A stretch of 64,000 nt of DNA. Source: Lingula anatina (taxonomy: Eukaryota; Animalia; Brachiopoda). This document shows positions 39,034 through 49,591 of the stretch, one piece after another. A program made the translations under genes and the position numbers. The DNA is taken from NCBI GenBank assembly GCA_051362555.1, contig CM120644.1, forward strand, positions 10,934,567-10,998,566, given 5' to 3'. How positions within the stretch are numbered: the stretch's first letter is position 1; the number at the start of each line of letters is the position of its first letter. The notes beneath the pieces were generated by a model, which had not been told where the DNA came from, did not search any database, and saw only the letters and a list, made by a program, of their open reading frames with translations.

Positions 39034-39635
39034 GGGGGGGGGGGGGCTAGAACTTAGCTGTATATTAACGCTTTATTAAGATCCCAAAATGACATTTCTC
39101 TTGTGGCGTGTGGCGTTCGTGTGAAACTTTCCAAAACTATTTATACTGCCAAAAATATTGGCATAATATTTTGAAGTCCAGTATGTGAACTCGTGGTTAT
39201 TTGGAACACATTTAATCCTTTTTAGGGGAAAGAGCTGAGCGCATTTTAAAGGGACGCCTTGAACTCTGGGCAGCAATTGCTGGAGACAAAACACGTCTCA
39301 ATGCAGAAGAACACTGGAGGAACAATCTGGCATTATTGAATGGAGTGTTTTTCCGACAAGAGATGTACCGCACTTTAATTTGTACGGAGTTCAGTACAAT
39401 GGATATTGATGGTGATGGGTTCATATCCAAGGACGAACATGCTGCTTATTATTACAGTCTTGACATTCCAACTGAATGCTCCAAGGACGACTTTGATATA
39501 ATGGACACCAACGGAGATGGCCTCGTTTCAATTGACGAGTTTGCCGAAAGTTTTCTCGGGTTTTGGTTGACCGAAGATTCAAATAACATCTACAACCAAA
39601 ACTTCGGCCACTTGGTGATTGATCAGTGCGATTAA
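36321..39635 (+). CDS. EF-hand SCP/CBP-like copy G (subfamily 1) with leader, about 259 aa
   Basis: Exons 36321-36533, 37611-37767, 39226-39635, in frame, three EF loops intact. A 1-nt deletion near 39606 changes the GPLxD end to GHLVIDQCD. Confidence 0.82.
36561..37471. mobile_element. Non-autonomous Mutator-like element in intron 1 of copy G
   Basis: 9-bp TSD cttaatgat (36552-36560 and 37472-37480); long TIRs built of ggacaattccccccc subrepeats. Confidence 0.85.
37994..38984 (+). mobile_element. Kolobok-like non-autonomous element in intron 2 of copy G
   Basis: TTAA flanks; TIR agacagtctcag / ctgagactgtct; short basic ORF at 38264-38509 (DRRRSTQTVYVG...RWRTLKAELGL...MAKLLLD). Confidence 0.75.
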
Positions 39636-40320
39636 CAGGAACCAGATCGAATGTGAACCTTGTAGTTGAATTGCGTATTATGTATTGATTTCTTGCTATG
39701 ATTTACATAATTCTGCTTTCACATTTACATCAGAAAAGAAACAGAAAATTTGTGGACCACACTTAGAAATCGAAATTTTTGAAAGAATTGTATGGGATTT
39801 CATATCAAAATTTTAATATTTGACTCACAGTCAAATACATCGAACCCATTACATTTCATTTCACTTGTACATGTATCAAAGTACAAAAAGAAATGTAAGA
39901 TTAGATTTTTGCAGATAGAGAGTTTTGTTTAGTTTTTGTTTCTGTTGTAGCTTACGGAAACTTAGGCATTTTTTTTTTGTCACCTGAGCTTCAGCACATC
40001 AATAAACTTTCATATGTAATTCTATTATACATGTACACGAGTCGCGTACTATAAATAGACAAGAGGCCTGTTCGCTGACGAGGCCACAGAGGTAGGGAAT
40101 TAAGTATGCGAAAATTGGATTAGTTCTTACAGAAACCTTGTTTTAAATCAAATTTATAAAATATTTTTATTTGCACGTTTATGATAAAATTTGACACGTG
40201 GTTATAAGAAAGTAATTTGCTATCATCTTTAAATACACTGCTATTTTCAGTGCTCCGGTTTCATTCATATATTATATTTTCGGCAACGTCTGTGGGTCGG
40301 CACAACTGGGAAGCGACACA

Positions 40321-40325
<5 letters not shown>

Positions 40326-40386
<61 letters not shown>

Positions 40387-40632
40387 TCGTAAAAAAATTG
40401 GAAGGCCTCTATTGACGGCAATAAGGCTAGATTGACTTTGTTCTTTTTGAATGGACTGGATGTGCCGTATGCTGAGCAGTACTCACTAGCGCATTCGTGG
40501 CCTACTGCATTGTGTGTTGGGTGGAATCTGTATATGGTGCAGACCCAAAGTGTGTGTGTGAGTATGTGTGAGTGTGCGTGTGTGTGTGTGCGTGCGTGTG
40601 TGTGTGAGTATGTGTGTGTGTGTGTGTGTGTG
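40326..40632. repeat. (TA)n and (TG)n microsatellites
   Basis: TA run 40326-40378; TG-rich run about 40550-40632. Confidence 0.9.
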
Positions 40633-40867
40633 TCGAGTGGGGTGTGTGTTTCTTCCCTGGTCGATGACGGCCTCATATTGACGGTCTCATCAAGTAGTAT
40701 TTCTTTGTTTGCTTTTGCTGAGTCCGAATAATAATGACATTTATAATGAAAATGATAATATTCTTCAAACCCAATGCTGCAGTAACATGTTCTCTGATGT
40801 ATGTAGACTACTGTACTTGTGCGCCCCTTTTCTATGATTATTTTTGTGTATGAATTTACCGGTAGCC

Positions 40868-40898
<31 letters not shown>

Positions 40899-40929
40899 TT
40901 TCTATAGTATTTGCCAAGTGATTTTTAAA

Positions 40930-41260
40930 TGAACACTTACAGTCTGTTGTCTCTTTAACAGCAGCGCAGTGCTTGGAGACCAACGCCTGCAGCCACTCTC
41001 CCACTATTGCCATCGCAAAGCTGTCCAGTCAACTCCATTACTGCAGATGTGAAAAGCATGTTTATCCTCGCTGGATTTTCTCAGCTAACACAGTTCAAAA
41101 TCTTCACCACCTGACCGTCGACATGATTTTGAGGTTTTGTGAAAAGAGCAAAGCGCTGATATCAGGTTTTAAAAGACGTCACTTCGTAAATATTGTGGGT
41201 TATTTTTGCTCTATGCACGTGTAAACGAACGTGGAGCACGATCGAGTAACAGAAGTCAAA
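40930..41260 (+). repeat. Internally deleted duplicate of the region between copy I and the GPCR
   Basis: Blocks match about 45910-45960, 46513-46620 and 47126-47260. Confidence 0.7.
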
Positions 41261-41804
41261 AATCAAATGCAGTTTGATGTTTTATAAGTAATACATTATT
41301 TTGGAAACGGAGTTGCAAACTTTTATGGGAAATGTACTCCATTTGATTTTCCCGCCAAAACGGATTTTCCAGGGAAATAAACCTTTTTCTCGTACTCACG
41401 AATTAAATATCTATCCCTCTCTGCACTTGGATTGGAACCTTAATTAAATTCAAAAAGGTCGATTTAGTTTAAAATGACTGTCCAATCAGCGACGATCTTC
41501 TTATATTCTACTACTGAATGTAAATGTCAACATCAAGTACGCTTGAAAATTTTTAAGGGGGGTAAAATAGTTTTTAAGGTGTATGTTAGGTTTTATGAAA
41601 AGCAGTAGATGGCGAACGTAAGCATTTGGGGAATTTTCAAACCCACGGGGTGAACATTTAAACTCTGCTTTATTTTACTTCCATGCAACGCATGACAATA
41701 ACGTGGCTAGGGTCGGGTGGATTCTATTTCAAGACATCAGAATTTAAATAAAGGTTAAATCCTGGTTTATGAAGAGCAGGCGATGCTTAAAGTTTCAAAT
41801 CTAT

Positions 41805-41953
41805 AGTCTGGGATAATCAAACCTTTACAAGGACTAGTAGGAGTAATTGAACCTGTAAAAAGCAGATTGGCAACACGTTTCCAACCAGTAAGGAGATTTG
41901 GAATGATGTTGAACTCTTCACAAACATAGATTACCCACAATGGTCTTGGCTTG
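41805..41953 (+). pseudogene. Orphan truncated leader exon (duplicate of the copy G leader)
   Basis: IIKPLQGLVGVIEPVKSRLATRFQPVRRFGMMLNSSQT then TAG; no ATG. The upstream 41340-41800 duplicates 35795-36290. Confidence 0.75.
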
Positions 41954-43097
41954 TATATATTGTCTTATACTACTAGCTGCCTTTTCCACACCCCAGTTAG
42001 TGCTGCTTCAATAAAATTAAAACGATTTATGGGTACATGAGTAATGAAAAAATAAGATTTTTTTTTCTGGAAAAAAAAAGGCAGGAATATGTCGTGTCCG
42101 ACAAAGATATCTTATGAGGTCATATGATGTGGTTGTGGTCCAATAGTACTCCAGTAATGTGGCGGCTTCTTTGTGTAACGACAAGGTAAAGAAATTATAC
42201 AATTATAAGTAATTTAAGTCTGCGTGCATCGACCATAGATAACAGATTATCATTAAAGAGATGAGAATTGAGACCTTGGGAGAGGGGATAGGAGACGGAG
42301 GAGAGGAGATTGGGAGCGACAAAGTACGGAGCACAGTAGTTTCGGAGAGTTAGGAGTTGGAGAGTTCACTAAGAATATGTAGCTACCTAGCGTCGACGAA
42401 TAAATCGTTTAACTGGCCATTATGCGGACTTGGGTTTTCTTTGCGCGACCTTGCGTAAATCTGACACGAACCGTGGAATCCTTAGATTGCGTTATCCATT
42501 TAAGTAAGACGAAAACGTAGCCCACGCTTGAATTAAGCGTACAAAAATTATAAGTTAAGGACATTCATTACAGCATGCACATATGTCCATTATATTTTCT
42601 TAATTTTGCCAGTTCATTTATTCACATGCAATATTTGTTCTCACCTCAGACGAAACTGATAAAAATGTCCCCAGTGAGTTTATTAGGCACTGCTCTATTC
42701 CAGTCACGCAGAAAGTATAATATAAAGTAATACGAAATGATAAATAATCCCTAACACACGTTTCAATATTCTTTCCAGACATATCACGTTCAAGCCAGTG
42801 TTAAATTTTAAATGAAGGTCGACTCCGGGTTTCATTTGAAAAGAAATTATGTTTTCGAATCTTCAGTACACTTCTGTTCAGTATGTTTCGGATCATCCTA
42901 CCCGTATAAAGCTCTATTCCATCCACAGTGAAGTCAAGGTGCTAAGGTTGTTAAGACCTCATTTATTTAAGACCTCGTTTATTAACTTTTATAACAGCCT
43001 CAACATTTACATAGAGGAAAATTCCGGGCTTCATTGGGGTGGATAGAACCCTGTGCATTTTAAATTCTCTTGCACGTCTCATTTCTCCACAAACACC

Positions 43098-45317
43098 ATG
43101 TCTAGGATTATCATAGCTTTCCGAGGAATAGCCAGAGTCTTACAACCAACGGAAAGCAGATTGGCAATACGTTTCCAACCAGTGAGGAGATTGCAGATTA
43201 TTAACTCTTCACAAACATGGATTACCCGCAATGGTCTTGGCCTGGGATTTCCAAGATTTTCCCAACCCAAGCGAGAGGTGATGAACCGACCCTTGAGATT
43301 AAAAAAGGTACTAGTATGTTATTATTTTTAAAACTACATATATATAGTTTTCATATTAAACCAGGGATTTATTTACCGTGTAATCTCAAATCTGAAACAG
43401 TATATATATTGAAGCAGCGAAAGAAAGGAATGAGGCGTATGATTTGAATACGAATGCTGAGAAAACTAGAGTGCTACCAGTAATCAAAGAAGAAAATGAC
43501 AGTGTGGAAAGAACGTTGGTCAACGGAACGGTACTGAAGGGCGTCAATCATTTAACATATCTCAGTGCATAAATCCAGAACGAAGGGGATGCTAGGAAGG
43601 TCAGAAAGAGACTGGCAATGGGCCTTCAAATTCTACAGAAATTGAAGAAGCTCTGGTGAGGCCAGGATAAACAGACAAAGCTCAGGATCCTCAAATCCTG
43701 CGTTTTTCCTTTAGTCACATATACGGTCTGGGTTCTGAGAAAGTCGGAAGAGGCAAGAATAACTGCCTATGGCTGGACACTTAATTGATCTCCTGTGACA
43801 ACAAAATAGGCCCTTATGAATAGCTTGTTACTCCAGGGTGTTCTTTCAAACCACGTGACTTGTTTCAGTAGACTGACAAGACAATACGAAACAGGTTGCT
43901 TTAACCATGGACATAATGAGACGAGCATTTATTACATCGGCGCGAAGACCAGCTCCCACTGAACGACTGCAGAGCGTGTATAATGCCATCTGCACTCGTG
44001 CAGGTTTAATTGCTTCCATCTAGCCAAATGTTACAGGGTCGCCTCATGGAAAATGTCCGCATGGTAATAACAGCGGTCCTGGTAGAGGGTATACTTTCTT
44101 GGTGCACACCATGTTCACCAGGAAGGAACATACTAGTATGTTATACTTTAAAAAATACATAATGCAGTATTTATATTACAACCAGGATTTATTAACCATG
44201 CAATTTCAAGATTATGCTTGCATTTCCTTACTTATTTCTGGCATTTTACAATTTTTCAGATGCCAACTGATTACCCACTGTTGACAGGATCAGACCACTG
44301 GAGACGTAAAATTCGAACGGTTTTCCATCGTTTGGATGCCAACGCCGATGGGTACCTCACCAAGGATGACTTTGTGTCCACTGCTCAGACCCTTATAGAT
44401 TATGTGGGCCTCACTGGTGAATATGCTTCTATACCATGCATGTTAAAAGATCGTGCTAGAAAACATATGGTGTTCAGTGCAATCCTTCAGTGCAATGCAC
44501 TTGTCAATGTTTTGGGAAGTATATGCATGTACATCCCCTGCTGTTGTGTGTGCACATACAGAAAGATATGATAGAACATCAAAAAGCGGAGACTGTTCTA
44601 CTGCCTTTAACTGACAGCCAATTTACTCGCGGAACTCTCTCTTTCTCTCAGCCCCCCCCCCTCCCTCCCCCCCCCCCCCCCCCCCCCCCCCCAACAAGCC
44701 TTCTCTGTCTCCAGCGTTCGTGGCGTTGGGAGTTTTCCAATCCTATTTATGCCACTATAAATGTTGGCAAGCACAAGTCACGTCAGTCTGTCATATCTTG
44801 CACACACCCCTTTCACTCACCCCCCCCCCTTTTCTTTCACCTCACCAACTTCCTTCACTAAAAAAACCTGAGGGATAATTAAAAACTTTATATTTTAAGA
44901 CAAATGTTATTCTTTTTAGGCGAAAGAGCTGAGCGCATGTTAAATGGAAGAATTGACCTATGGGCATATCTTGCTGGAGACAAAACGCGTATCACAGAGG
45001 ATGAATACATTCGTGGAATTATGTCATACATGAACGAAAAACACTTTCGAGAAGAGCTGCACCACGCTATGATTTGTACAGAGTTCAATACGATTGATAT
45101 CGATGGTGATGGGTTCATATCCAAGGATGAACATGCTGCTTATTATTACAGTCTTAACATCCCAACTGAATGCTCCAAGGACGACTTTGATATAATGGAC
45201 ACCAACGGGGATGGTCTTGTTTCAGTTGACGAGTTTGCCGAAAGTTATCTCGAGTTTTGGTTGACCGAAGATCCAAATAATATCTACAACCAAAACTATG
45301 GGCCTCTCCTTGATTGA
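43098..45317 (+). CDS. EF-hand SCP/CBP-like copy I (subfamily 1) with leader, about 254 aa
   Basis: Exons 43098-43307, 44260-44416, 44920-45317. Loops DANADGYLTKDD, DIDGDGFISKDE, DTNGDGLVSVDE; ends NYGPLLD. Confidence 0.9.
43581..43770 (+). mobile_element. RTE-type LINE fragment in intron 1 of copy I
   Basis: Decayed KVRKRLAMG...LKKLW...KLRILKSCVFPLVTY...WVLRKSEEARITA; absent from the paralogous intron at about 19700. Confidence 0.65.
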
Positions 45318-47495
45318 TCAGAGCATTGAACGTGAACAACATATTAGATTACGGTTTCGATTTGGATTCTGATTATATCCTTGGGGTAGATTTTTGAAGC
45401 CTGGTCTTTTAAATTTGAAGACATGTTTTCAATATTCCAAATTATTTTGATTTGTGTGAGTTTAATAATAGATGTCCTGACTAGTTGGAGTAGTGTGCAC
45501 ATAAATCTGATTAATGAAATCCCCTTTTCGAACTACCCCATTTTGCATCAAGCTTTCAGAGATTATTGGTTATTATTATTTTATTAACATTGATCTTTTA
45601 TTAGCTTTTTGAAAACAATTTAAAAAAAAAAGGAAATGAAATTTGGAACACTGCTTTTATAGGTTTCAATTTAAAAATCCCTATCCTAATACATGAAGAA
45701 TCGATGTGCACGTAAACCAAGAACAGGGATGCTGACAGAATTACCTTCAATCCAAGTGCTATGGTAATTTTTTTCTCATTATGCTGTACGTATACTGCTA
45801 CACCTCTACTTCACTGTCATTTATGTGTGCGCACTGAGATTCGAAATTTACTGATACATACCACTTTACATGTAATGCAGTGTTGAACTGTTTTATTCTA
45901 AATGAATGCTTACAGTCTGTTGCTCTAAGTCTGTTGATTTTTACCAGCAGCGCAGTACTTACTGGTACAGAGAGATAGTATGCCCGCATCACTTCTTTCA
46001 CCACTCACTGCGCCGACTAATGCACTGAAATAAAAAAAATGTGAAATGTGCAGAGTCTTTACTTGTCACAGAAATCTACTTGTAAATACTTGTACTGCAA
46101 TGTTACTAATGATATAGCTCTTTTGGATGTTAAGATAACGGTAAAGTTAATATACAGGTATGCAACAGTTGATTTAACTGCATGTACCTGTACCATACAT
46201 GCAGCTGTTTTGTCGGTTGCAATGTCGTGAAAAGTCACTCTCCTTTGCATTGTTTATAATAGCAACGGTCAAAGTCCCAGGAGAGGTTGAGTCGATTTGA
46301 CTACTCCTACTCTACTAGCATAGTTTAGAAAAGAATTCTACATGTAAGTGTTCAAAACATGGCACAATAGTGAAATATATGAAGTAAACACCCAAAATTA
46401 ATTACTTTTGGATGTTAGGAGTTTGTAAAACTCCCAATATTTTCCCACCCGCAAAAATCAAATAACGTTCTCATTTCTTGACGTATTTTCCAGTCAGACC
46501 TTAGAGACTGTAGCCATCATAGCGCTGTCCACTCAACTCCATTGCTGCAGTTGTGAAGAGCATGTTTACCCTTCGTTGGATTTTCTCAGCTAACACAGTT
46601 CAAAATCTTCACCACCTGACTGTCGCGACGGAGAGCACGCCCAGCCGTCACCTTGGTCGGTTAAATTTGTTAAAAGTCATTCAAAAGATTTTGTGACACA
46701 ACACTTGACGTAATGCAAACTTAATGAATAAAATAGGTCTATCAAGTTTAATTTATCAAGTTTAAAAAATTGTACATAAAAATCGACTGACGGAGCGCTA
46801 TACAAACTGGGAATATCGATAAATGTATCAATCACATCAATGGTCTCCTTTTTAGCATGATCAAATTTTCTCAGTAAAATACCCCACTTCTAAGCATCTC
46901 TTCGTATATCAGTTATACCTGAATTTGTTAGCATCATCCTAAGGAAAGTGGTGATAGCGAAGAGTTAATTTGATTTGAACGTGATTTGACGACAACGAGC
47001 TTCAGGTTGTAGTTCATTTCACACCCTTGTTGTCCACCGTGACTTTTTTCATGATGATATCTGACGTCTTAGTTATGCAGTTACCGCGCAACCGACTACT
47101 TTACACCAATTTACAAAGCAGGTAAACATGATGTTGAGGTTTTTGTAAAAAGAATAAAGTGCTGATATCAGGTTTTAAAAGACGTCACGTCTCAAATTTT
47201 TGGGGTTCTTAACCGTTTTCAGAACACGTGTAAGCAAACGTGGAGTACGATCGAGTAACAGCAGCGGTTTTTGCCAACAAAAGTTTCAACATCGATGTAA
47301 ATATGTATTTAGGTATCAAAGACAGTTTGCGGTTTGACGTCAAGGACGAAATTATATCAAAACATCTACACAAATTACACAGACTTCGCAAATTGAATCC
47401 AGCATTGCTTCCGCTCACAGAATTTAAGTCAAAATCACAGAGTCGTTGAACACAGAGCGCTTGCAGAAGATTGAAGAGGATTTGAAGACAAGGTT

Positions 47496-48746
47496 ATGCA
47501 CAATTCCACCGTGATGTTGAATCAAACTTTGGCAGGCGACATCGCTCCATTGAACGGATCAAATGTGTCCGCCCTCCCTTGTCAACGCATGAGCTGCGTC
47601 GTCTTCATCACCGTAGAAGCCTTGATATCGCTGGTATCGGTAACGTCTAATTGTTTTGTCATTTTTGCGTTTTGGAAGTTCAAGTGGCTGCGGTCGAACA
47701 CTAACATTGCCATTGTAAGCTTAGCACTGGTTGACGTTTTGACTGGTCTGATCAGCATGCCTTACAATATAGTCATAGGGTATCTCGTCGAAATCCTTCC
47801 AGCATTGCATCACTGGGCCCACAACAAGTACTTCTGCATTGGGAAAATAGCGTCACTAAGTACATTCCTTTCACTTTCAATGCTCATACAGACTCTGATT
47901 TCTTTTGAAAGATACGTCAAAATATGCTGGCATATCCACTATCCCAGAGTTTTGCCAAAAAAGAGATTTTATTTCGTCACCGCTATGTGCTACTTGTACA
48001 TGTTCATTTTGAATGCTATACCTTTTATGGGTTGGGACAACTGGACTCCAGGCGTGGAATGCAGGGCGGAGACCACAGTGGCAGGTTTCACGCGTTACAT
48101 TGCGATACCACATATCCCTATTTGCCTCTTGGTTGCTTTGGGTTTCTACGTTGCGGTATTTAGAAAAGTCAAGAAGCAAAAACAACAAGTGGGACAGTAT
48201 GGCAACGCTTTTGAGGACACTTTACCCCTTGGGTTGCAAATTTTGACACCGACATCCCAAACATCCAGAAACAACGTGCTATCGGTTTCTGGCCCATCCG
48301 CATCGCCCGGCGTGACTCCTCGGCATGGAGGTCTAAATACGGTGTCAAGTGTCGTCCCAGGACCAAGTAAGGGAGGTGAAAGCGGGATTTACGGCCGCAC
48401 TGGTGCGGCACCCTTGGCAGCGACAGCTTCGGGAGGTGATCCTTCTACTTCTCACACCCGCTCTGACAGGTCTAAAAGAGTGGCAATCGGAACATCGACC
48501 AACAATGTGGACGCCAAGGTTGCAAAAATGACTGCTGTTATTCTCGGTTGCTTCTTTGCTCTGTATTGTCCATATCCGATAATATTCTGGTGCGAGAAAT
48601 ACTTTGAGAAAGGTAGTTTGACTTATGCTATTCTTAGAAATATTGCCGTTGAATTTTTATCGTTAAGTTCAGCAATTAATCCGTTCATATACGGTTTGAT
48701 GAATTCCCAATTCAGGCGAGCGTTTTTCAAAATGTTAAAATGTTAA
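47496..48746 (+). CDS. Single-exon class A (rhodopsin-like) GPCR, orphan, loosely amine/adenosine-receptor-like
   Basis: 416-aa ORF with 7 hydrophobic segments, N-terminal NxS/T sites, SLALVD (TM2), ISFERY (TM3), PFMGW (TM4), CPY (TM6) and SSAINPFIY (TM7). Confidence 0.92.
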   Translation: MHNSTVMLNQTLAGDIAPLNGSNVSALPCQRMSCVVFITVEALISLVSVTSNCFVIFAFWKFKWLRSNTNIAIVSLALVDVLTGLISMPYNIVIGYLVEILPALHHWAHNKYFCIGKIASLSTFLSLSMLIQTLISFERYVKICWHIHYPRVLPKKRFYFVTAMCYLYMFILNAIPFMGWDNWTPGVECRAETTVAGFTRYIAIPHIPICLLVALGFYVAVFRKVKKQKQQVGQYGNAFEDTLPLGLQILTPTSQTSRNNVLSVSGPSASPGVTPRHGGLNTVSSVVPGPSKGGESGIYGRTGAAPLAATASGGDPSTSHTRSDRSKRVAIGTSTNNVDAKVAKMTAVILGCFFALYCPYPIIFWCEKYFEKGSLTYAILRNIAVEFLSLSSAINPFIYGLMNSQFRRAFFKMLKC

Positions 48747-48810
48747 ATGACACCACCTTCAAGACTTGAAAGTAAAAACGATTTTAGGAATTTATTTTTT
48801 CAAATTTGTA

Positions 48811-49135
48811 CATGTTTGTATGATGTTATTTTTAATCTCTTTCATTTGTAATGTTTAAGTGTACTTAAGTTATTGTGTAGGGCTGTGAAATAAAAAAAAC
48901 ACCGGAGTGACATTTTTTAATATCACAACTAGTAGTGTAGAGCACCTTATTTCGAGGTTTATATTGACAGATTGATATGTATGTATGATGTTATTTACAA
49001 TATCTACAGTGTGTAATATTAAAGTGCTACGTCAGTTATTGTGTCGGGCTGCAAAGTAAAAAAAACATCGCAATGACATCATTTTTGAATAGTGAAGCTA
49101 GCAGTAGAGCACCTTATTTCGAGGTTCATATTGAT
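48811..49135 (+). repeat. Two tandem copies of about 160 bp downstream of the GPCR
   Basis: tgtatgatgttattt...agagcaccttatttcgaggtt(t/c)atattga occurs twice. Confidence 0.7.
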
Positions 49136-49554
49136 ATTGATTCAGCACAGGCATTGCAATGAAAAGATGGCTATTATTTCTGGTGAGGAAGAGTTATGCT
49201 GACTCAGATGTCGTGTACACTTAATGAAGCATTATCAAATAAAGTGTCCTTATCGATGAGAAAGAAAGACGGGTCTACAAAAAAATACCAGGTAAATTAA
49301 AAGATCACTGTGGTTTTGTGATAGAACATGAAATACAATATGTGCACAAATTTCAATGTATGGGTGACGTAGGATACTATGTAATCGTCTTGAATCCGGA
49401 TAAGCTATTTTCAGCCGAAGAATAACCGCTGGAAATTCTGTAACAGTAACTTTGGCTGTTTATTTATGGTTATTATGATGCTATTCACCTACTGCAATAT
49501 AAATGCACGCGTATTATATAATAACACTAGTATACATTGCTATTTGATGTACGT

Positions 49555-49591
<37 letters not shown>

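Noticed and set aside
40272-40895. 207-aa and 99-aa ORFs
   Set aside because: They are translations of (TA)n and (TG)n microsatellites.
9191-43331. Treating the repeated Arg-rich ORFs (MSRII...) as independent small peptide genes or a repeat element
   Set aside because: In the intact copies similarity ends at AAG|GT donors in phase with exon 2, so they are first exons.
8301-45317. Calling the EF-hand genes true photoproteins (aequorin/obelin) or calmodulins
   Set aside because: No copy has the full His16/His169/Trp173/Tyr184 set or a C-terminal Pro. EF loop II is dead and the spacing is unlike calmodulin. SCP/CBP-like is as far as the sequence supports.
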